The notes beneath the pieces are model-generated. The model was not told the DNA's origin. It saw nothing but the letters and a program-made list of their open reading frames with translations, and did not search any database. DNA of 54,209 nucleotides, filler included, from Cladosporium halotolerans (Eukaryota): NCBI RefSeq assembly GCF_011745625.1. It is 2 parts of 2 records of this genome, joined end to end, with 100 filler letters (N's around TTAATTAATTAA, not from the genome) between each part and the next. Parts side by side here need not be neighbours in the genome. Positions count along the whole stretch, not along the records: positions 1 to 27,303 come from NW_027191533.1; positions 27,404 to 54,209 come from NW_027191534.1. One strand, given 5' to 3'. Below, in pieces: positions 23,756 to 34,434 of the stretch. Made by a program: the position numbers and the translations under genes. Each line of letters begins with the position of its first letter. Positions within the stretch are counted from its first letter, which is position 1.

Positions 23756-24417
23756 ATAAAGTATCCTCGCTTCTTCTATACTAACTTCCCTTAGTAGAAA
23801 TCGCGCCTTAACTTATCTCTTTCTAGCCTAAAGCCTCTACTTATACGTAAACGCTAAATTAGTATAAGTAGCCTCTCTAGTAGTCCTCGACTAAGATCTC
23901 TATTATATTAAACCCGGATAGATTAAAGTAAATCGTTATACCTTTCGTATATTAAGATCTATTCCGATCGACGCTTCTTAGATAGGGCTAAGCTTATCTC
24001 TCTTATACCCCTATTAGTATATATACGGAAATTATAATACTAATAGTTACCGTTAAAAGTATTTATAATCCTAAAACGAGTATATAGTAATATATCGTTA
24101 TAGATCCTAAAATTTTAGATACTATTATTATCGATCCGGTTATAGACTTTAATAGAGCTATATAGACTATTAATATAGATACCGCTAATCGTTTAATATC
24201 CCTAGTTAGGATAAAGGGCTCTAGAATACTAAGTATACTAGAAACGTATATTTATATAGACTATATTACCGCGGCCTTATACGTTAAGAGAGTTTTCGAG
24301 CGAGACTAAGGGTTTAAGCTACCTATTTATATCGGTAGCCGAATTCGCGATTTCTAATAATTTTTCGGGCCTAAATATAGTATTCTACCCGCTATATTAA
24401 GTAGTGCTTTTAATTAG
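23756..24417 (+). pseudogene. RIP-inactivated paralogue of PDO2 (PDO3), 3'-truncated
   Basis: Nearly codon-collinear with PDO2 from ATG->ATA at 23756. CCTAAAACGAGTATATAGTAATATATCGTT = PKTGTWQYIV and CTAGAAACGTATATTTATATAGACTATATTACCGCGGCC = LETHVHADHVTAA; homology ends at SSAFD. Confidence 0.9.
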
Positions 24418-24818
24418 CCGAAATCGGTATAATATATCGTTACGTTATTATACTAGGTAAGTAAGGTAGAGGAATAATAATATCGGGAATTCGGAGATTT
24501 AGAGTTATATTAGCTTAGGGTCTACGTCGAACTATTATTACTATTATAACGTTATTAAGCTACCGGTCCGTAATTTCCTACCCCCTATCGTTATCTTATA
24601 TTTACTTTATATATATCTCGTTATATATCTAACTTATCCCACCTACCTTATTTTACTATAGCGCTTCTAAAACCTAGTATTTTATTAGATAACGTTTTAC
24701 CTTTAGTTCTCTAATTATAATACCTTATAGATTAACCTTAAATTATTCGAATATTAGTAAGCCACGATTACTAAACTAGAATCGTATCGGGATAAGACGT
24801 TAAAGCCCCCTTTTAAAA

Positions 24819-25225
24819 ATATTTCGCGCGATATTCTTATAGCTCTATACGAAACCCTATAGAATACTAGCTCTATAGGACGCGATTTACTTACGGGCGA
24901 ACGAACCTTCCTAGCCTAGGCTAGAAGCGGCCTTAATTTTATCGCTTTCGGGATTACTCTAGAGAAGGTTAAAGCCTTTACTACGATTTTAGCTTAAGAA
25001 CTATAATATTTAAAGCCGCTACCGTACTTATCGGTAGTCGTAGTCTCTATATAGTATACGATACGTAAAAATACTTTAGCTCCCTTTCCTTAATACGGTA
25101 AGGTTTATTCTAGCTAAATATAGCTAAAGTAACTCTAATAGCTACGGCCTATATAAGTATTTTTATAGGAATATTACTAGTACTTAATAGTAATAGAGGT
25201 CGACGTAAGGGTAAAGACCTTAGAA
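24819..25225 (+). pseudogene. RIP-inactivated paralogue of the DUF202 gene
   Basis: CGCGATTTACTTACGGGCGAACGAACCTTCCTAGCCTAGGCTAGAAGCGGCCTT aligns to RDLLASERTFLAWARSGL, and GGTCGACGTAAGGGTAAAGAC to GRRKGKD. Confidence 0.9.
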
Positions 25226-25329
25226 TACGGTACTATTAAAGAGCGGTTCGCCTATAGAGAAATCTAGGCCTCGTACTAATTAAGAGAACGGGAGGAAACT
25301 CTCTTTACCTATCTTAATATTATAGGGGA

Positions 25330-26290
25330 GTAACGTCTATATTAAGGCTCTACGTAGTATTTAATATATTCGATACCGTTAGAGGGAGGTTTACTATCTA
25401 AGTCTACTTAAAAGAGGACGGAGAGCTAAGGCCGTTCTACTATACGCGGGCCTAGCTCGCGTATACTCTTAGGGCTTATTCTTTTATACTAGTATACTAT
25501 ACCGTCGACGCGATAAGTCGTAGATTCTAGCCGCGTAGTAAGGAAGACTAGGTTCTCCCTCCGCTTTAGTACCTTATAGTAGGTAATAATTACTATACGT
25601 AGCGTAGGCTTTAACTTAGCGAGTAGATAGCGTATCCGCTACTCTATAGTATATAGGTCTATCTACTTCTTAAGCGTAGCTAGCTCCGTCGTAAATACTT
25701 ATACTATCTAATTCTCGTCTTACTTAGCTACCTTATAAGCTATAGTAGTACTAAGACTACGATTTACTAGGTCCTTAACGACGTCTAGTATACACGTATT
25801 AAAGTCCGCCTAGGAGTACGATTCTAGATAGGAGATAGTATAGTTCTAATACTACGTCTTCTACGGCTCGCTAACGAGGAATATAATACTATATAGTACC
25901 TTCTCGCTCTCTAACTAGTACGCCTCCGGGGCTAGAGCGAATACTAGGTTTAGGGATTAGATAAGATTATAAGCCTCTTTTAGGGTCTTCTCCTTAAAGG
26001 TCTCCGGCTCCTTTAGGCATAGTCGGCTTACGGGCCCTTATTAACTTACTATCGTAGAGCGCGCGCTAGTTACGATACTTACTTAATCGTCTATATCTAC
26101 CTCCCTAAGGTTTAATCCTACCGGGGTATAACCGGTATTATCGCGTCTCTATAGCGTCGCGAGCTACTATTCTAATAGCGTAATCTCTATTTAGTTCTAA
26201 AGCGCTTTATGCCTACGCCGTAGGCGAGCCGCCTACTCCTTATCTACGTTTTCCTCCTCTTCTAGCCTCCGTTCCTCCAAGTCCCCCTGA
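25330..26290 (-). mobile_element. RIP-mutated Ty3/gypsy-like gag fragment
   Basis: Mentally reverting RIP on the minus strand gives LKEPETFxGKTLKEA...LVFALAP...EDPVNR...Q.ENQTVQAFA.EL..LE...HLLAKL.P.LR, typical of fungal retrotransposon Gag. Confidence 0.6.
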
Positions 26291-26307
26291 TAGGATAGGT
26301 AGTAAAC

Positions 26308-27303
26308 GAGTACTAAATAGTTTGTTTAGTTCGTTCGGACCCCGTTAAATAAACGAATAGATAACTGATTACATAATCGATCGAATGAACAAATATACCT
26401 GTTCGTTCAGCATGTTCAGGGTGTTCAGTGTGATGATAAGACAAACCCAACCCTAACCCTCGATCACCGGGACGGGCATCCCGCGCAAAGCAGCCATGGC
26501 TTGTGAGATCACCCGGGAAAGAATATGCGGGGAACGCGACCGTGTCGCGACTGCCCGCGCGTTAGACCACTTCATGTTCCACAAATTACAGCATGAGCGT
26601 CCAATCCGACTCTCAAGGTTCAACAAACCCGCAGCCAAGCGTTCCACACGGAGCTGAGCAAGATGAAAGTACAATAGCCCGGTGTTCACCAACGATCCTA
26701 TGTCGCGCTAGGTCGCGAGCCACCAATCTTGTGCCGACACCACCAAACAAACAGCCGAAGAGTAGTTGGATCTGGAGGCATGGAGAAGCCGTGACCGATC
26801 TGAAGGACGACTTGAACAAATGGCTCTGCCGAATCTGCTACGAGCAGCCATCGCAAAGCTTGGTCGTGTGCTTGCCATGCGAACCTACGAACCAACCAAT
26901 CCGTCACCTCGTACGATGCCATGGATTCGACAAGTCCGGCGGCAAACATGCGCTGAAGCGCTCGCATGATGGCGCACATCCAGATGGAAATGTGGCGGTC
27001 ATGATGATCAAACGTCAGAGACGTTCGCAAGAGGAGACACTCGATCGCGAGGGCTGGAAAAGGACGTACGTGGAATGGCTTGTGTGTAGCAATCAGTCGC
27101 TACGCCATGCTTCGGGAGACAAACTCAAGGCATTGATTTCGTCAGAAATCCGATAGTGGAGCCTCTGGTCCCGCAGAGTCACCACGCGCCGCGAGACTGG
27201 ATCCTCGATGCTTTCACTGCCGCGAAACCCGTGGTCATCGAGTCTCTGCAGATGGCAAGAAGCACAATAACTGTCAGTTTCGATCACTGGCTAGCGGATA
27301 ACG
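26308..27303 (+). mobile_element. hAT transposon 5' part (BED finger to first catalytic Asp), cut by an assembly gap
   Basis: Subterminal GTTC/TGTTCAG repeats at 26320-26430. SSWIWRHG...WLCRIC...HLVRCH; frameshift near 27150; TITVSFDHW. Confidence 0.8.
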
Positions 27304-27403
27304 NNNNNNNNNNNNNNNNNNNNNNNNNNNNNNNNNNNNNNNNNNNNTTAATTAATTAANNNNNNNNNNNNNNNNNNNNNNNNNNNNNNNNNNNNNNNNN
27401 NNN
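27304..27403. other. Assembly gap containing an artificial TTAATTAATTAA linker
   Basis: N44 - TTAATTAATTAA - N44; the linker gives stops in all six frames. Confidence 0.9.
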
Positions 27404-27593
27404 CCATCCGTTTTCTTTATCAGACTGGCAGACTGTCTCGTTCTTCGGACATGAGGGTCGGGTGAGGTGTTGGCTAATCTCTCGGGTCATGAGTGCAAGG
27501 CGACATTCGTTGTAATGTTAGGTAGCGATTAGGGACGGCTCATACGGTCTCCGTGCATAGCCTGAATGAGAATCATCATCATCATCATCATCA
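27404..27593 (+). mobile_element. 3' end of a family C LINE with (ATC)n tail
   Basis: Near-identical to the reverse complement of 46330-46544. Confidence 0.92.
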
Positions 27594-27595
27594 GG

Positions 27596-27725
27596 TGACA
27601 GAATGGGCGAAATGGGACGGCCCGTACGGGAAGTGTCGGCTGTCTGCTGCGCTCTCCTCCACCTGGCATAGCTGCTGGTAGAAAAGCGGCTGAAACCGAG
27701 TAGGACATAATCGAATCGAATCAAA
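27596..27725 (+). mobile_element. 3' UTR fragment of a family B-like LINE
   Basis: Closely matches 9508-9625 (GGGACGGCCCGTACGGGA...GGCATAGCTGCTGG...AAAGCGGCTGAAA), with tail ATCGAATCGAATCAA. Confidence 0.9.
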
Positions 27726-28703
27726 CCCCATTTTTTCACATATGAGACTGCACATAACCCTGCCGCAAATTCTCGTCGCCGTCTTCCGGACCCTTTTGCA
27801 ACACCGTTGACAAGAACGTATGCTGAAATTCGCCCAAAACCAGGAACGCCCGGGTTCGCGGAAGCCGGCGGGCGTCAGCAAGTCTCCTGTAGGCCACATG
27901 AGACGTCGCGTTTGGCTTTGGACAACCAACGAAACTCTTATCATTCCCGCGGCTGATATCCGAGACGAAGCCTCGGCTTGATGGCGCGCAGCAGAGGACG
28001 TTGGCGTCCGCTAGAATTCTAGTTCGTCCCCAGATTTGCCCTGCGAGCCGGATTCGCTTTAGACGTGTGTTTCCACCGTTGGCGTCCCAATGACGAAATT
28101 TGCAGGGTAGGGGCTTTTTGAAAGAGGCGTGCAAACCGCTGGGGGCCGCTCTGCACCCGTCAGTGCCGCCCTGCCAATTTATTTCGACGATTTCTGCTTC
28201 TCCTCAAACGCTGTTGATATAGTCACTGCAGCATCATAGCCAAATGGCCCGGCACCAAGGGTTACCACACATATAAAGACCCAGTTCCACACTCGTCACG
28301 CTGTCTGCAGCTCTACCAACTCTCTCACACCTCCGCGTACCATACGACATCTTCGGCCTGCCTCTCAGTAGCGCCCAGTAGCGAAGAGCTTTGCGCGGCG
28401 CGAGCGCCGTCGATCGCCGTCCTCTCGAGTACCATCACGTAGCGTTTCAACACGGGCACTTTTGCACGTAACGGATGCCAACAAGCAATCGTGCTGCTTA
28501 GGCTACGCAGCAAGCCCGCTCCTAATCGCATTTCACGCGTGGCGGAGGGATCCGGGTGCAGTTCAGACCTCATCCTCCACGTGGAAGCGTCTGAGCAGCA
28601 ACCCGTTCTTGGACATACGCCTTATTCGTGCACGACGTCGGTAGCCTGGAAGAGTTGTACCGCGACTGCGGTTAGAGGGTCGATAAGCGACCCGGTCAAT
28701 AGC

Positions 28704-30793
28704 ATGATACACAGACCGAGATTAGCAGACGATGTCAGGAACGCGTCGAACCCATCTGCTGGAAATGGGAACAACGCCGGCATTACAACAATCTCGCCAC
28801 GGATGAACACGAACCGGACTCTCGAAAACTCTGCCATAACTCTTAGCATGAATGATGAGAAGCCTCTCGCTTCGGGCAATGGCATAATCGTCGGAATCAA
28901 CTTGGTGGAACCGGTGCTGTTTCTCCAGGGATTCGAGAACCAAGCAGCAATACCTGGCAACGCTACCATGCTTCGGGGGAGTTTACATGTGCGGGTGCAG
29001 AAGAATGCCAAGATCAAGGCTATCAGGCTAAATTTCAAGGGCAGGGCGAGGACTGAATGGCCCGGAGGCATTCCTTTGAGTAAAACGGATTCCGATGAGA
29101 CCGACACGATTATGGACCACACCTGGCCTTTCTTCAATGCACAGCACGACAGCGCGGAGAACACTGGGGCAGACCGAGTTTCGCTTTTCAAGGGTCCGGA
29201 CCACACGTTGACAAGCGCCACCAAATGCGATGAAAATTCGTCACCAAATCATTCAGCAGCCAACTTTACGCTGAAAAAAGCGAAAAACCAGCCGTTATCA
29301 GCCAACAAGCCAAAGAGTTGTAATGGAAACCATACGTCGAGCTCAACAGTATCAGTGGCCGCCAAGGGCTACCGGACCTTCCTGCCAGGCGACTACATCT
29401 ACCATTTTGAGCTTCCCATCGACAGTCGATCACCCGAAAGTATTGACGTCGAGCATGGAAAAGTCAAATATGAGCTGGAGGCTGTTGTACAGAGGTACGG
29501 GGCCTTCCGCGCAAACATCCGTGGGACGAAGGGAGTTACACTCATCCGAACACTGGGTGAGGGTTCATTAGAGCAAGTGGAGCCAATCGCCTTTGGCCGA
29601 AACTGGAACGATAAGCTGCATTACGATATTGTCATATCCGGAAAGAGCTTCCCTTTAGGCTCGCAAGTGCCTATCGCCTTTAAGCTTACGCCCCTAGCGA
29701 AAGTGCAATGTAACAGGATCAAAGTGCTGGTAACAGAAAATATCGAGTATTTCTGTTCCAAGAAGCAAGTGCACCGCATCGAACCGACGAGGAAGGTGCA
29801 GCTCTTTGAAAAACGGTCGGACAGCGAGCTCACGAGTAATTTTCCCGGAAGTACTATGCGCATAACAGGTGGCGGTGGCATCTCGTATGATGCTGTGGCA
29901 CAAGCTGCCAGGGGTGAATGCGTGACGTCTACAGACACCACAAATCTGCTTGGCAACCTCGAGGACGGCACTAACGTTGGCCCGACGGAGTTGGAGATCA
30001 ATGTGCAGTTGCCCAGCTGCCATACTATGGAGGGGAAGGGCCGACATCAGCCCCTGCATTTTAATACTACCTATACGAGAATTCAGGTGCACCACTGGAT
30101 AAAGGTACGTTCTGCCGTCGCTCTCACAGATCTGTCCACTTGCTAATCTTTCCTAAGATCATCATGGGCGTTTCTCAATTCGATACGAACGATCCATCCA
30201 AGCTCCACCATTTCGAAATTTCAGTCGACTCCCCTTTTCACATCCTCTCGTGCCGCGCCTCCCAGTCCAACGCCTCTCTCCCTGCCTATACCTCAAGGGG
30301 ATCCAGCAACAACGTCGCCCACCTCTACGACTGTGGCTGCCCTGACGCAGCGCGCAGACGCAAGCCGCTCACCCTGTATCCTGCCCTTAACGTCGTGAAC
30401 GCAGCCGAGTCCCCCGGCAGAAACAACCCGCCAGATCTACCACCGCTGCCCTTTCCGTCTGCCTTTCACTTCGATGGCCACTTGGCAGATAGCAGGCCGC
30501 GACAAATGCACATGCTCCGCGCGCCATCCTTCAACCCGCCAGCGTTCGAAGCCGAGCCGCCGCCCCCAGCTTTGATGACGCCGCCGCCGCAATACAACGA
30601 TATCGCCTCGCCTACCGACGGTTTGGCGGACTATTTTGCTAGGTTAAACGATGCGTATAGCCAAGACGACGGTGGGGATGAGAGCCATTGCGACGGTAGG
30701 GTAAATATTCCGCTCACGCCTGGTGCACGTATCAGCAGAGGTAGGGATTCCCAGGCGGAGCTGGGTGCCTGTAGGACGCTAACGACGGCCTAA
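28704..30793 (+). CDS. Alpha-arrestin (Aly1/Aly2-like HECT-ligase adaptor); one intron at 30105-30157
   Basis: EPVLFLQGF, FKGRARTEWP, YHFELPI, YDIVISGKSFPLG and HWIK|IIM...HFEISVDSPFHILSC. PY motifs LPAY and PPQY. Intron GTACGT...GCTAAT...TAAG. Start codon uncertain. Confidence 0.85.
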
Positions 30794-31136
30794 TGGAAAT
30801 GCAATAGTATATGGCAAGGCTGAGAATTGGCTCGAAAACTTCCGCGCTTGCTTCCGACCCAGGAGATGCACAGGGGCCGATCCGCCACCTTTCCGCAGTG
30901 GTAGCATGCCCGCCAGCAGGGCACTGGATTTATTGTTGACGTGCGTTAATTCAGCTTGAGCTGTGCTTGAATTGAAACTGACAATGAACCTGTCGGCTAC
31001 AGAGTCGAAAACAGTCGCCCTACGACTCTCGGTCGACAAGCTGGCGAGGGAAACACCAGATACGCCTGCACTCATCGATAGAGGCAAATTATTCCGTAAC
31101 AGTAACTCGCGTCATGAAAAGCGTTTCCGTCACCGT

Positions 31137-31813
31137 TCAAAAAAATTGTCCATAACCCATGCTTACCTGCATGCCCACACAGCAACTCACATCCTCTCCA
31201 ACCAGGCAGGGATCGCGTAGGCAGAAATTTGGCACACCACGCTTCACACCAGGTTTGCCCAAACCAGGAATGACAAGTGGAGCACGCTTCTCCATGGGTG
31301 TCCGGCCAATTGGGAAGAACTTGGTGATTGCATGGCCAGGTCCGTATGCCTCCTCCACTAGGTATACAGTCACGTGCCACCAAGCTAGAAGAGCCGCGAG
31401 CATCCAGAAGTAGGACGCGGCTTTGATGCCCATAGTCATGCTGCCTGATTCACTGTCGCCAGAGCCTGAGCTCTCTGACGTTCCGCCGTTGTAGGAGAAG
31501 AGACAACAGGCGATATCGTGCTACCAAGGGCAAGCGAGGTAAGGCACGCCGTGAGCACGATGTCACGGGCGGAGGCTGCGAGTGCGCTCGACCAGGTGAA
31601 GACGCAGAGGACGACGAACCAGGAAGCCAGTTCAGGAAAGTCCGTATGCACCGAATGCGGCTCGAGCGCGCCTGCAGCCTTTGAGAGTGTGAAGCCTGCC
31701 AGTCTAAGAGCGGCTGACGGTGCGATTGGTTTGAGGAAAAAATGAACTTTTGGTGTCGACTGTAGGATGTCCTGTCGCTTGTTGTCGTGTCTAGTATCGC
31801 TTTCCACGGACAT
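31137..31813 (-). pseudogene. GPR1/FUN34/YaaH (ATO)-like transporter remnant
   Basis: FFLKPIAPSAALRLAGF N-terminus and hydrophobic helices split over two frames; too short for a full 6-TM protein. Confidence 0.55.
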
Positions 31814-32061
31814 GTTGGATAATTGTCGGATTAGAGCAAAGCAGGTTCAGAAGAGAGCTAAGTATGCAATGGAAAAGTGAGTGCTGAAGCTCAATGTTCT
31901 CCACCTAAAGGATAATGCAAGTGCGGGTAACAGAGCCGGGCCCTTCCCCTATTGATGCGCAGAATCCGCGCTTTTTGGCTAGACAGTTTGACATCAACAG
32001 CAAGAACGAATCTGACCATCAGAGGGTTACATGTAGACAGTGGGCATACCGTTACCATGGC

Positions 32062-33362
32062 TGTAGGCCTTCGGATTCGCCGTTTTCTCCGTCTCAAGGG
32101 TAGTGTGGGTCTGAATGACGCAACGCTGACTTTACACCCTCTAACTTTGGGATCGGGGTTCAGTCTTAGGCTGCCGGGAGTAAGCGGAGATGGCTCCGAA
32201 TGCGTGTCACTAATCAGTCGTTAAACCCGCACGCCCGGGCTGCAGAATCCCATTCTATTTCTTCCGTAAATCTTGGGAATAAACGAAATTTTTACGTAAT
32301 GTTTGATACGATTCCTCGGGCACCGATGTAGGAAGTTCCCTATAGAGCCTATCACAGTCAATCACACAGCACTATGCGTGTCCTGGCTTTGGAATCACGT
32401 GATTAGGAATTAGCAATGAAAGGTCAGCCGAGAGCTGGCTTACTCCTGACTGCAGGCTCCACACCCTGTTTGTAACTCTGCGAGCTATGCCCTACCAATA
32501 GAGCCAGCCACTGCGTTGGCTCCTCGTTCCGCTTCTGCTTCCCAACGCCTGAGGGACACAAGCTGAAGCGATTTTCCGATTCCAAAACGAAATGCCAACT
32601 CCCTGCTCCAATTGCCAGAAATCCAAACCCCCCAAAAGATGTCTGGTGGACGTGCGATCCGGTCGTTGCAAGTCGTGCAACGATTCGCACGTTTGTTGTG
32701 ACCTTCGTGTCACTTTCAAAGAATTCGAGAGATTGGCGGCTATCCGCGCTCGTGTATTGCAAGAGGCGGATACCGCCGAGGATGAGCTCAAGGATGCGGA
32801 AAAAGAGGCTGCGCGTCTCATTGCGGAGGCGCACGAGAAAGTTGCCAGAGCTCGCATTAAGGCTCGTCGCAAACACAAAGAATTCCGTCATGCGGAATTC
32901 AAGGACGGTGGCCATTACCAACAGGAGTTGGCTGCCATCAACAGCTTTCGTCGCATGGAGCAGGAGACCAGCATCTCTGTCGCTGCGGAACCCTCCGTTC
33001 ATGTCCTGCTCGCTTCTTCGGAGCTCTTGGACTTGCCCGATTCTGAAAATTTCGATCCGGCTTGTATTGCGGTCTTTCCATTTGCTTGGGGACAGCTGGC
33101 GGGCTCTGTTTCCCGTCAATACCGGCGCATGGGGGGCCTCCGGGTTCAACCTTGAGACTGGCTCCCAAGTGTCTTCAGTATGGTTGTACCCTTTCCAGTG
33201 ACAAGATACCTTCGCTGACCATCCTCAAGCATGTGGTCTAGAATCGCTACAATTTTGTAGACAGGTTCTTTGATCGCTGATTAGCTTTCTACGTATCAGT
33301 GAAGACTATTTACATACGGGGCTGCTCAAGGTAGCAGTGCGCCACGATCCTAAGTACCTACT
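32062..33362 (-). mobile_element. Probable long solo LTR of a gypsy-type element
   Basis: Imperfect inverted ends TGTAGGCCTTCGGAT / ATCCTAAGTACCTAC(T). The minus-strand start GGATCGTGGCGC...GCAGCCCCGTA resembles fungal gypsy LTRs as I recall them. No TSD recognised. Confidence 0.55.
32592..33155 (+). CDS. Six-cysteine zinc-cluster-like plus coiled-coil protein inside the putative LTR
   Basis: CSNC-x7-C-x8-CKSC-x6-C followed by an E/A/R/K-rich heptad region. Confidence 0.6.
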   Translation: MPTPCSNCQKSKPPKRCLVDVRSGRCKSCNDSHVCCDLRVTFKEFERLAAIRARVLQEADTAEDELKDAEKEAARLIAEAHEKVARARIKARRKHKEFRHAEFKDGGHYQQELAAINSFRRMEQETSISVAAEPSVHVLLASSELLDLPDSENFDPACIAVFPFAWGQLAGSVSRQYRRMGGLRVQP

Positions 33363-33619
33363 CTATCATTCTGCCCGAAACGCGGATAATGGAATTTTTC
33401 CAATGTGGCACATCAAATGCGTTGCTAGCTCACCGATATTTGGAGACGCGGAGCGTTTTCAGAATGGTAAAACCGCGACGCTACCGGAAACGTGCACCTT
33501 CTTTTCGACTTTATCGCAGACAGGGTCGTCGTTTATATCATCCGAAAGCGCAGAGTGAGCAGGTCAAATGCACACGGTCAAGATCACCAGCGCCTTGCTG
33601 ACGGGCATGTCACCCCTCA

Positions 33620-34434
33620 GTAAAGGTGGCGGAGGGGCAGCCTCAAGTGACGTCCAAGGGTCTGAACCGGAGAGGGGGTTTGCAGTCTCTTCGAGCAGAG
33701 ATGAAGGTAGAAATTAACAAGGTGGAACTGCAACTCACACAGCTCGTGAACGCAGCGATCGCAGAAGGATGTAAGCGGAGGCGGACCAGCGAGCGACGCG
33801 ATGCTTCAAAGACTAGTCAAAGTGCTCGCAAGCACACCAAGGCAGGAGACAGGAGGGATTCTGCGACCGCCAGGAAACGGTGCTCTTCCGGGAGGCACAG
33901 CGGAATAGACAAGCACGACAACAGCTGGCGCAAGTGACGCAGCCAAGCTGGGCCAATATCACAGAATCGGGAGCAGGAGATGGCTGGACCACAGTCATGA
34001 ACATTAAGAAAAAACTTTTTTGGAAAAAAACACCCGCGCGGCTAGCGCCGGGTACTCTTCGTCAGAAATGTACGAGAGCACAACTGCGACCTAGAGACAT
34101 CATTTTCGAATCAACAAAACTCTCGCTCACGCGAGAGCTCATGTGACGGTAAGATTGATCAAATTGGGGTACACCGACAAAGGCAATGAGAGGGACGTCA
34201 GACGCGGTGGCTCAGCTGGTCGCAAAATTTGAGAACACATGGGGTCAGAAGCGCACTGCACTTGCATTACTCCTGGATGTCAAAGGCGCGTTTGACCGGG
34301 TTAACAAGCGGAGACTTATCTGACGGATGGTGGAAGTGGGCATAGCCGGCAACATCGTGCGCTGGGTGGACTCGTTCTTGTTAGACCGTCGAGCCATGTT
34401 GGTGATTGACGGAAGGACGGGCGAGACCCGCAGC
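33620..34434 (+). mobile_element. Internally deleted LINE relic (gag piece joined to RT piece)
   Basis: SWANIT...GWTTV gag-like segment, then LLLDVKGAFDRV...RWVDSFL.DRRAMLVIDG with an internal stop; cut by the hAT end. Confidence 0.75.

Larger units (their letters stand above)
23560..26340. other. RIP-mutated AT-rich island
   Basis: CpA/TpG nearly absent, TpA in large excess, CpG retained, and no ORF in the track. Fairly sharp borders against normal-GC flanks. Confidence 0.92.

Noticed and set aside
23560..26340. AT-rich block as foreign, mitochondrial or centromeric DNA
   Set aside because: The dinucleotide pattern and recoverable homology to nearby genes show RIP-mutated nuclear sequence.
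26446..26460. Telomere-like CCCAACCCTAACCCT
   Set aside because: Only about two units, inside a hAT leader; not a chromosome end.
27348..27359. TTAATTAATTAA palindrome
   Set aside because: It is centred between two equal N runs and is an artificial scaffolding linker.
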